Position numbers and translations under genes: made by a program. Below, piece after piece: positions 20,250 through 30,165 of a stretch of 64,000 nucleotides of DNA (positions are counted from its first letter, which is position 1; each line of letters starts with the position of its first letter). Below the pieces are notes generated by a model. That model was not told the origin of the DNA, did no database searches, and saw only the letters and a list, made by a program, of their open reading frames with translations. Source of the stretch: Spirochaetia bacterium (lineage in GTDB: Bacteria > Spirochaetota > Spirochaetia > SZUA-6 > Bin103); assembly GCA_965198005.1 (NCBI GenBank), contig CBDAOI010000004.1, positions 832,001-896,000 of the forward strand, written 5' to 3'.

Positions 20250-21411
20250 CGCCACGGGCGCATACTCGGGGTTCGCCTGCCGGTGATGGAGGAGGACGCA
20301 GCGCCCTGGCAGGCGCCGCCGTCGCGGAGAAAACCGCACATCGCGATAACCGGTCCGCTGCCGGAGACCGTCGAGGTCGTGCTCGGCGATCAGGTGTACG
20401 TCCCTCGATCCGGGCTCCCGGCCGCCCTGGTCAACCGGCTCGCCCGTCTGGCCGCGTTTCAGAATCCCGAGTTCTACAGCGCCCAGGCGATGCGCCTGCC
20501 TACGTTCGGCATCCCGCGCGTCATCGGCTGTGCCGAACTGCTGTCGCACCACGTCGCCCTGCCCCGTGGGTGTCTCGATGAGGTGGAAGAACTGGTCACC
20601 TCGTTGGGCGTGACCGTCCGCCGTCGCGATGAGCGCAACCCCGGGCGTCCGATCACAACGGCCTTTGCCGGTGAGCTGACCCGTGACCAGCTGCAAGGCG
20701 CGGTACGTCCTGGGCCTGTCGGCCACGGTGACGCGCAAGGACGGGCATCATCCCATCATCTTCATGCAATGCGGCCCCGTCAGGTTCCGTGTCGATGCCC
20801 GCCGCCAGGCCGCCAAGCGACCCTTCAGCCATCGGGTAGTGCAGCGCAATACGCGCTTCGCGCTGCCGGCGGACCTGGACCGGGAACGGCCCCCCATCCA
20901 GAGGATCTACGGGGCGCTGGCCGAGGATGAACAGCGCAACGAGCTGATTGTCGATGACGTGGTGACCGCGCTGGAGGGAGGACGGTCGCCCATCGTTCTG
21001 ACCGAGCGGGTAGCGCACGCCGTGCTCTTGGCCGAGCGGTTGTCACGCTTCGCGCGCAACGTCCTGGTACTGCACGGCGGATTGGGCCAGAAGGCGAGAC
21101 GGGAGTTGGCGCGCCGGCTGGAGACGACCATCGACGATGAGGAGCGGGTGCTGATCGCGACCGGCCGCTACGTCGGCGAAGGATTCGACGACGCCAGGCT
21201 CGACACGCTGTTCCTGACCATGCCGATCTCCTGGCGGGGCACGCTTGCCCAGTACGCCGGCCGACTGCACCGCCTGCATCCCGCCAAGCGCGAGGTGATC
21301 GTATACGACTACGTCGACGGCGACGTAAACGTGCTCGCCCGCATGAACGCCAAGCGCATCACCGGCTTCAAGAGCCTCGGTTATTGCATCGCGGACGGCA
21401 GGGTAAGATGA
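20250..21411 (+). pseudogene. Remnant of an SF2 (ResIII/DEAD-like) helicase resembling the C-terminal half of TOTE-type primase-helicase proteins
   Basis: RLAAFQNPEFY.AQAMRL, then a frame jump near 20690 to LGLSAT..RKDG..GEGFDDARLD..QYAGRLHR. Walker A/B are absent. Confidence 0.75.
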
Positions 21412-21492
21412 ACGCGTGAACGGACGCAGACTGAGATCGACCAGAGCCGAATCGCGGCCTTGATCGAGGGTCTGATGGAGAGAAGCCTGCAC

Positions 21493-21945
21493 GTGAAAGG
21501 GGCGATCCAGGCGCGCCAAGCTGAGGTTGCCGAGTTCTACAAGCGCTGGGGCGTCTCCGAACTCGCGCCGTTCGGCTCGGTACTGCGCAATGATTTCGGC
21601 CCCGAGAGCGATGTAGATGTACTGGTTACGCTCGACGAGAGAGTCCGCCATACACTGTTCGATCTGCACCAGATGGAGAAAGAGCTCCGATTGATTTTCG
21701 AGCACAATGTCGATCTGGTCAGTCGGCGCGGCATCGAGAGAAGCCGCAATCCAGGGCGCCGAAGAGCGATACTGGAGTCGGCACAGGTCATCTATGAGTC
21801 GCGATTCGGACTATCTTGTGGACATCGTCTCGTCGGCCCGACTCATATTGGCAGCGGAGGAACTCTTTGGCAATCAGCGTGTTCAGATCCACGAGTATCT
21901 TTCAGGACTCTCGTGACCCCGGTCGAGAGCCAGCGAGATCATTAA
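21493..21945 (+). CDS. Minimal nucleotidyltransferase (MNT) antitoxin; stop apparently lost (reads through beyond about 21803)
   Basis: FGSVLRNDFGPESDVDVLV..VDLVSRRGIE..ILESAQVIYES. Confidence 0.8.
   Translation: MKGAIQARQAEVAEFYKRWGVSELAPFGSVLRNDFGPESDVDVLVTLDERVRHTLFDLHQMEKELRLIFEHNVDLVSRRGIERSRNPGRRRAILESAQVIYESRFGLSCGHRLVGPTHIGSGGTLWQSACSDPRVSFRTLVTPVESQRDH
21794..21916 (+). pseudogene. Truncated HEPN/DUF86 toxin
   Basis: MSRDSDYLVDIVSSARLI start overlapping the MNT end. The rest, including the RxxxxH motif, is missing. Confidence 0.65.
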
Positions 21946-22549
21946 TGGCATGGCATAAACCCCGGTAGTGGCACTCCCGGGGCTGGAACTTTTCCAAGAG
22001 AGGTCTCAGCCGAATAGTCTTCTGCTCCGGACATTTCTCGTCGAGCACGGCGGTGCGGAGCACGTAGAACCGCCACCTGTCCACATTGAGCGGTTCGGCA
22101 CCCTCCAGGACGCAGAACACGTAGAGATCGGCCCAGCGGCGCTTGGGACCGACGACCTCTTTACCGGTGTCAGGGTCAAACTTCTTCCGCCGGTTAATTC
22201 TGAATTCAATCACACTCTCAGAATCTTGCTTCCACGATTGTATATACGCCGCGCTTTTCACCTCTATCGTGACACAGGACCGGGTTTGCAGATCGTAGCT
22301 GTCCCATTCAAGACGCGGCGTGTCGAGCAGGCCGAGCGCAGCCGCGACCAGGAATTCCGCCAATGTCCCACGGGCGGTGTTGTCCATGAGGCTTGATCCT
22401 GACCAACGCCAGTAATCAAGCAGACGCAGGGACGGGCCGTCGCCGCAAAACGGCTCGTCTTCCTTCCTCAACTCCAAAGGGAGGCGCTTCAGGTTCGACA
22501 AGGCGCTCGAGTCGTCCTTCGCTGTGACCGTATAAGTACTGCTGCTCAC
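21902..22549 (-). CDS. Putative PD-(D/E)xK restriction-endonuclease-like protein
   Basis: RGTLAEFLV..YDL..IEVKSAAY..ADLYVFC; translationally coupled to the xdhB stop. Confidence 0.65.
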   Translation of the reverse strand: MSSSTYTVTAKDDSSALSNLKRLPLELRKEDEPFCGDGPSLRLLDYWRWSGSSLMDNTARGTLAEFLVAAALGLLDTPRLEWDSYDLQTRSCVTIEVKSAAYIQSWKQDSESVIEFRINRRKKFDPDTGKEVVGPKRRWADLYVFCVLEGAEPLNVDRWRFYVLRTAVLDEKCPEQKTIRLRPLLEKFQPRECHYRGLCHAINDLAGSRPGSRES

Positions 22550-24891
22550 TCCGGTGCTGGTCCTTTCTTTGCTACTTCCAAATACCTGACTTGATCAGTC
22601 GATTGAATGGGGCTTCCGGCTCGTATCTGGTGCAGGTCGAGGAGGAGGCGTTCCGGGGTCATGGGGGCGTCGAGGGTCAGGTCGGCGGCGGGGCGGAAGG
22701 CTTTCATGGCGTTGCGGAGGGCGAAGAAGAGGCCGATGCCGTACATCAGCGGGGGTTCGCCGACCGCCTTGGCGCCGAGCGGGCCGTAGGGGTTTTTCTC
22801 AGGCTCCAGGAACTTTACCGCCATGTCGTCGGGCATGAAGTAGACGTCGGGGGCCTTGTAGGTGGACAGGGCGTGGGAGAGGCAGCGGCCTTCGGAGTCC
22901 CACTGCAGGTCTTCCATGGTCATCCAGCCCATGCCCTGGGCCAGCCCGCCCTCCACTTGGCCGCGGTCCACGGTGGGATTGATGGTGCGGCCGAGGTCGT
23001 GGACGATTTTGACCTGGTCGACGGCGTAGGTGCCGCGCAGGCAGTCGACGGTCACCTCGAACACCGCGGTGCCGTAGACATGATAGGCGAACGGGTGGCC
23101 GTGCTCGCGCTGCTCGTCGTAGTGGATGCCGGGGGTGGCGTAGTAGCCGTGCGCCGAGAGCCGCCTGCGCGCCCGGTAGGTGAGGCCCACCAGGTCGGTC
23201 CAGGTCATGCCGGCGGACTTGCCGGCGGCGTGGACCTGTTCGTCGGCGATGGTTACCGTGGCCGGGTCCGCCGTGCCCAGCTCGCCGGCCGCCACCTCGC
23301 GCATGCCGTCGAGGATGGTCTCGACGGCGAGGATGGCGGCGTTGCCGTTGAGGTCGGTGGTGGCGCTGGCGGCGCTGGGGGACATGTTGGCGACGCGCGT
23401 GGTGTTGGTGCTCTCGACGCGCACGCGGCGCCGTGAGATGCCGAAAGTGCGCGCCACCACCGCGGCGATGTTGCTGCTGATGCCTTGGCCCATCTCGATG
23501 CCGCCGGTGGTGACGCTCACGCTGCCGTCGGCGTAGACGTGGATCAGGGCGTTGCCCTGATTGAGGTGGCTCTTGGTGAACGAGATGCCGAAGCAGACCG
23601 GCATCAGCGCGCAGCCCTTCTTGACCGCGAAGTTGCGCCGATTGTGCTCGGCGACCCGCTGGCGGATTCCATCGACCCCGAACGCCGCCGCCAGCTCGTC
23701 CCAGGTCCGCTCGGCGCGGCAACGCTCCACCACCTGCCCGTAGTGGAACCGGTCGCCGTCGCGCAGCAGGTTGGCGCGCTGGATCGCGGCCGCCTCGATC
23801 CCCATCGCGTCGGCGGCCTTGTTGATGGCGGCCTCGATCACGTACATCCCCTGCGGGCCGCCGAAGCCGCGGAAGGCGGTGTGCGGCTGCAGGTTGGTGC
23901 GGCACGGCGCCGCGGTCAGCTTCACATTGGGTATGTAGTACGCGTTCGTACCGTGAAAAAGAGTGCGCGCCAGCACCGGTGGAGAGAGGTCGGCGAAGGC
24001 GCCGGAGTTCTGGTAGAAGGTGGCCTCGTAGGCGAGGATTTTGCCACGCGCGGTCAGCCCGATCCTGAAGTCGGCGGAGTAGGGGTGGCGCTTGCCGGTC
24101 ATCCGGATGTCGTCCAGCCGATTCAGCACCAACTCCACCGGCGCCTCCAGGTGGGCGGCGGCCAGCGCTGCCATCGCCGCCCAGTGGGTGGCCTGGTCCT
24201 CCTTGCCGCCGAAGCCGCCGCCGAGCCGCTTCACGTCCACCTCGATCTTGTGCATCGGCCGGCCGAGCACCGCCGCCGTCACCTGCTGCACCGCGGCCGG
24301 CCCCTGGGTGGAGGAGAACACCTGGATCGCACCGTCCTCCCTGGGCACCGCGCGGGCGCGTTGCGTCTCCAGGTAGAGGTGCTCCTGGCCGCCGATCTCG
24401 CAGCGCCCGTCCACCACCACGTCGCACTCGCCCCAGGCGCCGGCAACGTCGCCCAGCGCCATGGTGCGCGGCGGATGGATCAGGTCGCCGTTGGCGAACG
24501 CCGCGCGCGGGTCGACCACCACCGGCAGCTCGTCGATCTCGACCTCGATCAGGTGGCGCGCCTGCCGCGCCTGCTGCGCGCTGCGGGCCACCACCAGGGC
24601 GATCGGGTGGCCGATGAAGCACACCTCGCGTTCCACCAGCAACTGCTCGTCCTCGAAGATCGGGCCGAAACGGTTGACGCCGGGGATGTCGGCGGAAGTG
24701 AGCACGGCCACCACGCCGGGAGCGGCGCGCGCCGCGTCGAAGGCCAGCCGGGTGATGATGCCGTGCGCCTTGGGCGAGCCGAACACCGCGGCGTGCAGCA
24801 TGTCGGGCGGCGGCGGCACGTCGTCGACGTACTGCGACTCGCCGCGCACGTGGAGGTGGGAGTCGACGTGCTTCGCGTCGATCGGCTTCAT
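22546..24891 (-). CDS. xdhB: Xanthine dehydrogenase molybdopterin-binding subunit
   Basis: GGQEHLYLE, RLGGGFGGKE, AFRGFGGPQG, EMGQG and KAVGEPP motifs. Confidence 0.95.
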   Translation of the reverse strand: MKPIDAKHVDSHLHVRGESQYVDDVPPPPDMLHAAVFGSPKAHGIITRLAFDAARAAPGVVAVLTSADIPGVNRFGPIFEDEQLLVEREVCFIGHPIALVVARSAQQARQARHLIEVEIDELPVVVDPRAAFANGDLIHPPRTMALGDVAGAWGECDVVVDGRCEIGGQEHLYLETQRARAVPREDGAIQVFSSTQGPAAVQQVTAAVLGRPMHKIEVDVKRLGGGFGGKEDQATHWAAMAALAAAHLEAPVELVLNRLDDIRMTGKRHPYSADFRIGLTARGKILAYEATFYQNSGAFADLSPPVLARTLFHGTNAYYIPNVKLTAAPCRTNLQPHTAFRGFGGPQGMYVIEAAINKAADAMGIEAAAIQRANLLRDGDRFHYGQVVERCRAERTWDELAAAFGVDGIRQRVAEHNRRNFAVKKGCALMPVCFGISFTKSHLNQGNALIHVYADGSVSVTTGGIEMGQGISSNIAAVVARTFGISRRRVRVESTNTTRVANMSPSAASATTDLNGNAAILAVETILDGMREVAAGELGTADPATVTIADEQVHAAGKSAGMTWTDLVGLTYRARRRLSAHGYYATPGIHYDEQREHGHPFAYHVYGTAVFEVTVDCLRGTYAVDQVKIVHDLGRTINPTVDRGQVEGGLAQGMGWMTMEDLQWDSEGRCLSHALSTYKAPDVYFMPDDMAVKFLEPEKNPYGPLGAKAVGEPPLMYGIGLFFALRNAMKAFRPAADLTLDAPMTPERLLLDLHQIRAGSPIQSTDQVRYLEVAKKGPAPE

Positions 24892-26375
24892 GTGCGCTCC
24901 CGCGCATAGAACGCTTCGGCGGTGAAGCGGTCGGGGAACAGGGTGACGAAGTGGGCGATCAGCAACTGCCGCGCGAGCAGGCGCTTGTATTCGGCCGATC
25001 CGCGCACGTCCGAGATCGGCGCAATTTCCTCTTGCGAGATCCGCACCGCCTCCCACGCCGTCTCCAGGTCGAGGGCGCGGCCGGGCAACGCGCGCGAGGT
25101 CTGGTGCAGGTAGAGCGGGATCGGCGCCACGCCGCCGAGGCTGAAGTGCGCTTCGCCGATCGTGTCTCCCGTACAGCGGATCGAGCAGGCGCTGTTGACC
25201 GTGGCGATGTCGAGGCAGGTGCGCTTGGAGACCTTCTCGAAGTTGACGCAGGCGGCGGTCGGGTCGGCGAATACCACCTCGGTGAGCAGTTCGCTGGCGT
25301 GCAGGTCCATCTGCTTGTAGCCGCGGTAGAACTCCTTGAGCGGGACGGACCGCTGCCTGTCGCCTGCCGCCAGCACGATCCTCGTATCCAGCGCCAGCAG
25401 CAGGATGGTGAAGTCGCCGATCGGGGAGGCGTTGACGATGTTGCCGGCCAGGGTGGCGCGGTTGCGGATCTGCCAGGAGGCGATCAGGTGATTGAACGAG
25501 GCGATGGCGGGAAGCGCGGCGACCACCGCCGGGTGAGTGCCGAACTCCTCGAAGGTGGTGAGGGCGCCGAGCCGGAACTTCCCGCCGGCGCGGCGGATTC
25601 CCTTCAGCCCCGGGTGCTGTCCCAATACGTCCACGCGGCGCTCGGGGATGGTCTCGCCCTGCTGCACGTAAAGGTCGGTGCCCCCGGCGATGCGGAGTTC
25701 CCGCGCCGGCGAGTGCGCAGATGCTGCGGCTCCCGCCGCCGGCTGCGGCGCGGGCACCGTCGGGCCGGAAGTCGACGCGTGCAGGGCGCGCAACCGGTCG
25801 GGGATGGAGGTAAAGTACTCCGGCAGCGCCCCGGCCGCGGTCAGCGCCGGCACGCGGTTGCCGCTCCCGTTCGCCTGCAGCCGGCTGCCGAGGTCGCGCT
25901 CCAGGGTGGCGGCGCAGTCCTTGAGCGAACGGTACCCGGTGCAGCGGCACAGGTGGCCGCTCAGGGCGTACTTGACGTCGTCGAGGGAAAGCCCCTTGGC
26001 GTGGTCGAGCAGCAGTCCGTGCAGCGACACGACGATGCCGGGAGTGCAGAACCCGCACTGGGTGCCGCCGAACTCGACGATCGCCTCCTGCACCGGGTTG
26101 AGGCCGGTCAGGTTGCACCCTTCGATGGTCACCACGTGCCGGCCGCGCACCTCGGCCAGCGGCACCAGGCAGGAGGTCACCGGCTGGTAGCGGACGGCGT
26201 CCCCCTCCAGTTCTCCGATCAGGATCGCGCAGGCGCCGCAGTCGCCCTCCTTGCAGCCCTCCTTGGTACCGGTCAGCCGCTCCCGGATGCGCACAAAGTC
26301 CAGCACCAGCAGGCCCGCGGGGGCGGCAGTCTCCATCTCCCGGTCGTTGAGGATGAAGCGGGTGGTCGGCGGCAT
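24888..26375 (-). CDS. xdhA: Xanthine dehydrogenase small subunit (2Fe-2S + FAD)
   Basis: GTKEGCKEGDCGAC, QCGFCTPG, LCRCTGY and IRNRATLAGN motifs. Confidence 0.95.
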   Translation of the reverse strand: MPPTTRFILNDREMETAAPAGLLVLDFVRIRERLTGTKEGCKEGDCGACAILIGELEGDAVRYQPVTSCLVPLAEVRGRHVVTIEGCNLTGLNPVQEAIVEFGGTQCGFCTPGIVVSLHGLLLDHAKGLSLDDVKYALSGHLCRCTGYRSLKDCAATLERDLGSRLQANGSGNRVPALTAAGALPEYFTSIPDRLRALHASTSGPTVPAPQPAAGAAASAHSPARELRIAGGTDLYVQQGETIPERRVDVLGQHPGLKGIRRAGGKFRLGALTTFEEFGTHPAVVAALPAIASFNHLIASWQIRNRATLAGNIVNASPIGDFTILLLALDTRIVLAAGDRQRSVPLKEFYRGYKQMDLHASELLTEVVFADPTAACVNFEKVSKRTCLDIATVNSACSIRCTGDTIGEAHFSLGGVAPIPLYLHQTSRALPGRALDLETAWEAVRISQEEIAPISDVRGSAEYKRLLARQLLIAHFVTLFPDRFTAEAFYARERT

Positions 26376-26379
26376 CGGG

Positions 26380-27345
26380 CTACCCGCGGTTGCGCTCGCG
26401 CAGGATCTGCGCGGCGACGCTGACGGCGATCTCCGCGGGCGTGTCGCTGCCGACGTCCAGTCCCACCGGCGCGTGGACCTGGTCCAGCGTCTGCTGCGGC
26501 ACTCCCCGCTCCCGCAACTGGGAGAAGATCCGGCTGATCTTGCGCTTCCCGCCCATCAAGCCGACGAACGGGAACGGCAGCTCCGCCGTCCCCAGCAGCG
26601 CGCGCACGTCGGTCCGGTAATCCGCGGTCATCACCACCACCGCGGTCAGCTCGGGATAGGCGATCAGCGGCCCCGCCGCGGCGTAGTCCGCCACGTGGGA
26701 GACGGTTCCGACCGTCGCGGCGCGGTCGTGGGTCACGACCTCGGTTCGGGTATCGAAGATCTGCGCCCGGTAGCCCAGCCGCGCCATCACCTCGGCCAGC
26801 GCCACCGCGCAGTGGCCGCCGCCGAACACCGCCAGCCGGCGCCGGTTGAGCAGATCCTCCTCGTAGCGCCAGGTTCCCCCTTCCTCGGTCAGCGCGAACG
26901 GCGCCCGCCCGAAGTCCGCCTCCCGCCGCGTGAGCCGCAGGCCGCCGCCGTCGATCCCGATCCAGCCCGGCCGATCCTCACGCACGGCGGCCGCGACGGC
27001 ATCCACCGTGGCACGGTCACGGTCGCCCGCGAGTACGCAGAACACGTTGGTCTGACTGCCCTCGCACACCATGCCCGACCGCTCGCCGTCCGCGGTATCG
27101 CTGTGCACCAGGGTGCGCTTCTCCGGCTGCGCCCCACCTTCGCGCAGCAATTCCCGCGCCTGCTCGACCAGCCGGTGCTCCATCATGCCGCCGCCGACGG
27201 TCCCGAACAGGCCGCCGCCCTCCGCCACCAGCAGCTTCGCCCCGGCAGTCCCCGGCGAGCCGCGCGTATGCTCGGCCACGCAAGCCACGAACACCCGCTC
27301 GCCCCGCTCCAGATGTCCCCCCACCTGCTCCCAGAACGCGCTCAT
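26380..27345 (-). CDS. xdhC: XdhC/CoxI family molybdoenzyme maturation factor
   Basis: GSPG..GAK, GTVGGG, FGGGH and APVGL..TPAEIAVS motifs. Confidence 0.9.
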   Translation of the reverse strand: MSAFWEQVGGHLERGERVFVACVAEHTRGSPGTAGAKLLVAEGGGLFGTVGGGMMEHRLVEQARELLREGGAQPEKRTLVHSDTADGERSGMVCEGSQTNVFCVLAGDRDRATVDAVAAAVREDRPGWIGIDGGGLRLTRREADFGRAPFALTEEGGTWRYEEDLLNRRRLAVFGGGHCAVALAEVMARLGYRAQIFDTRTEVVTHDRAATVGTVSHVADYAAAGPLIAYPELTAVVVMTADYRTDVRALLGTAELPFPFVGLMGGKRKISRIFSQLRERGVPQQTLDQVHAPVGLDVGSDTPAEIAVSVAAQILRERNRG

Positions 27346-27577
27346 CTCTCCTCATCCCATGATAGCCGATCCACCCCGCCGGAGACACCTCTCAACAAAG
27401 CGAACTACCCGGTTCAGGACGACGAGGGGCGCGGCTACTCCATCGTCAGAGTCGATACCGACCCCGTTTTCACCGTAAACATAGGGCCTGGGGGCTCGGG
27501 AAAACCTGAGGGCGACCGAGTGGCGACTCACGCCGGAGGTACTTGACTCTCACGGGCAGAACAAGCAACATACTCGC

Positions 27578-28501
27578 ATGGCACACCGAGTCAACCGAGC
27601 GATCGAGCTTCTGTCGAATCGCCAACCGATCTACTACGTAGGTGGACATACCGATCCTCCACATCCTACGTTAGGAAGGCTGACGGCAAATCACTCTCCG
27701 GTCCTCACGTATGAGCAGGGCAAGATTGATGCCGGTACCTGGGCGGACCACATAGACGTGGGGATGGAGCATGGTGCCTTCGATCTTGCCGGTCTCAACG
27801 ACTACCTGCGTGGGATGGTCGATGCCGGGCCGACACGAAGCGGCCACCGGACGCCGACCGTCATCGTCGAGGCACCAGTCGGGGGCTATTCACGGGAAAT
27901 GGTGCGATTCAATTCGTGGCTATTTCAGCAGATTCTTGCGCGCGGCGTTCACGGCATCATGTTGCCCATGACAACCGTGCCCGAGGGTGTCGAGGCTTAT
28001 GTAGAGTGCTGCCGCTACCCGATCAACCGACTTGGAGTGGGCAAGGGACTTGGTGTCGGAACCAGAGGCGTTGGATCCGAGCCCAGCGCCGCCCATATCT
28101 GGGGTGTCGATCGCGACACGTACGTGGCAAAGGCAGATCCGTGGCCCCTGAACCCGGAGGGAGAGCTCATGCTGGGTATCAAGATCGAATCGAAAGCGGC
28201 GGTCCCGCACATCGAAGAGATTCTGGCTGTTCCGGGCATCGCATTTGCCGAGTTGGGACCTAGCGACATGAGTCTTTCGCTGGGTTACCAAAGCCTACCG
28301 AGTCCGTGGCCCGAGGAAATGGTCGAAATCGAAGATCGAGTGAAGGCGGCTTGTATCGCCAACGGCGTGGCCTATCACTGGACACAGATGGTGGACGACG
28401 TTCCCACCATGATCGACGGCGGAGGACAGGTCTTCGACGCACCGAACGAGGAGTTCGCCAAGGCAGGACGCGACCACACTCGGCGTCAATTGCCGGTTTG
28501 A
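27578..28501 (+). CDS. HpcH/HpaI aldolase/citrate lyase family protein
   Basis: MEHG, QQILARGVHG, KIES and GPSDMSLS motifs; lower GC than its neighbours. Confidence 0.8.
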   Translation: MAHRVNRAIELLSNRQPIYYVGGHTDPPHPTLGRLTANHSPVLTYEQGKIDAGTWADHIDVGMEHGAFDLAGLNDYLRGMVDAGPTRSGHRTPTVIVEAPVGGYSREMVRFNSWLFQQILARGVHGIMLPMTTVPEGVEAYVECCRYPINRLGVGKGLGVGTRGVGSEPSAAHIWGVDRDTYVAKADPWPLNPEGELMLGIKIESKAAVPHIEEILAVPGIAFAELGPSDMSLSLGYQSLPSPWPEEMVEIEDRVKAACIANGVAYHWTQMVDDVPTMIDGGGQVFDAPNEEFAKAGRDHTRRQLPV

Positions 28502-28523
28502 GGGCTTCAGCGGGCCCGCCAGC

Positions 28524-29500
28524 TCACTCGTAGCGCAGGCACTGCACCACGTCGAGACGCAGGGCGCGGCGCGCCGGCAGCAGCGCGATCGCCATGCTCG
28601 CGAGCACCCCGAACACCACCACGATCGCCATCGTAGCGGGGTTCCAGGCGCCGCGAAACACCCCGGTGATGCGATAGCCGAGGTTGACGTTGCCGTACAA
28701 CCCGCTCACGTCGATGCCCCAGTTGACCAGCCAGAACGTAGCGACCGTGCCCAGCAGCAGGCCGGCCAGCGCCCCGAGCAAGCCGATGCTGCCTGCTTCG
28801 AACACCATCGTCGCTCTGATCGACGCATCGTCCATCCCGAGGGCGCGCATCATCCCGTTCCGCATTCAAACGCCCGATCTCGCGCTCGAGGAAGGTGCTG
28901 GTGGGTACCGCAACCGGACGCCCGAGCCGCGACGGCAGCGCTCCGAGCGCGACCTCGGTGACGCCTTCCATCTCCAGGTCGTACTGCGCGACGTCGAGCG
29001 GCAGGAACCCGACGCCTCGGTTGACGGTCGGATTGGGGCTGAGCAGGATGCCGACCAGTTGCAGCTCCAATACCTGCACGGCACCGTGGCGTGTGCGCGT
29101 GCGCACGTCGACGAAATCGCCCGGCGCAATCCCCAGGTCATCGGCCATCCAGGCGCCAAGAATGAGTCCGGGAAACCCTGCTTCCAGGTAGTCGCCGCCC
29201 GGGAGCAAACTCTCCTGCAGCCGGAACACTTCGCCATCGGTTTCCGGGTCAACGCCAATGAGCCGAATCGGCAGCGAGCCTTCGCCGAAGAACAACTCCC
29301 CGACAAAACTGATGCGCGGCGTATGGGCGATCCCCCGCTCCGATAGCGTAGCCATCAGCGGGCGGTAGTCGACCAACTCGTACTTCAGCGCGACCTGATC
29401 CAGTTCATCGTACTGTGCGCGCGTGACGACCTTGCCGGATCCCGTCTCGTACCACACCAGATTGCGCTGCGATTCCTGGTCGATACGATCCAGGCGGGCC
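28524..29500 (-). pseudogene. FtsX/LolE-like ABC permease remnant
   Basis: C-terminus REIG[shift]MMRALGM..EAGSIG..LPARRALRL. The 5' part and a middle section are missing. Confidence 0.75.
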
Positions 29501-29852
29501 GGAGCCGCAGAACAGGCCCTTACCGTACATCGCCAATCCGGCCGCGCTGTGCTACATTATCTGTATGCGCGACTGCTACCGATCATCGTTGTGGCTTCCG
29601 ACACCAGGGGGTCTCCGGTTCCCTCGCTCACTCATGTCTCTGCGAGTCCAACGGTCGGTCCCACAGGTGAGTTGAGTTATCTGAGTTATCGATGATTGTA
29701 ACGTGCGACCACATCGAGCCCCTTGAGTACGTGATCAGCCGCCAGCAATCAAAGCTGCATGTGCGTTGCGCATCTGCACTGCATCAATTGGGACCGAATC
29801 TCCTCCGCTCCCGGCAGCCGTGGGGACCGACCCAACAGCATCTTCGTTAATT

Positions 29853-30165
29853 ATGATTGAGAAACTTGTAGTCGAGAGATTCAAGTCGATCCGGAGCGCC
29901 AATCTCGACTTAGGCAGGATCAATATTTTCATTGGCGGTAATGGAGCTGGAAAGTCCAACGTGCTTGAAGCAGTCGGTGTTTTATCGGCGGCCGTCGATC
30001 GAGGCTTGGGAGACAGCGACCTGAGCAAGAAGGGTGTGCGGCTTACCCCCCCCGAACTGATGAAGTCTGCATTCAAGAACTACGAACTCCCAAGAACTTT
30101 ACAACTCACCGCAGAAATGGAGGGTGACATAACCTACCGTATCAACCTCACAGGGAAAGAAGATC
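29853..30165 (+). pseudogene. N-terminal fragment of an AAA_15/AAA_21 ATPase
   Basis: MIEKLVVERFKSI..INIFIGGNGAGKSNVLEA, truncated at the convergent deaminase 3' end. Confidence 0.8.

Noticed and set aside
22546-26118. 1190-aa XdhB ORF
   Set aside because: The N-terminal 400 or so residues are an alternative frame of xdhA; the real start is 24891.
27350-27570. Coding-like stretch between xdhC and the aldolase
   Set aside because: No start codon or family signal; left unannotated.
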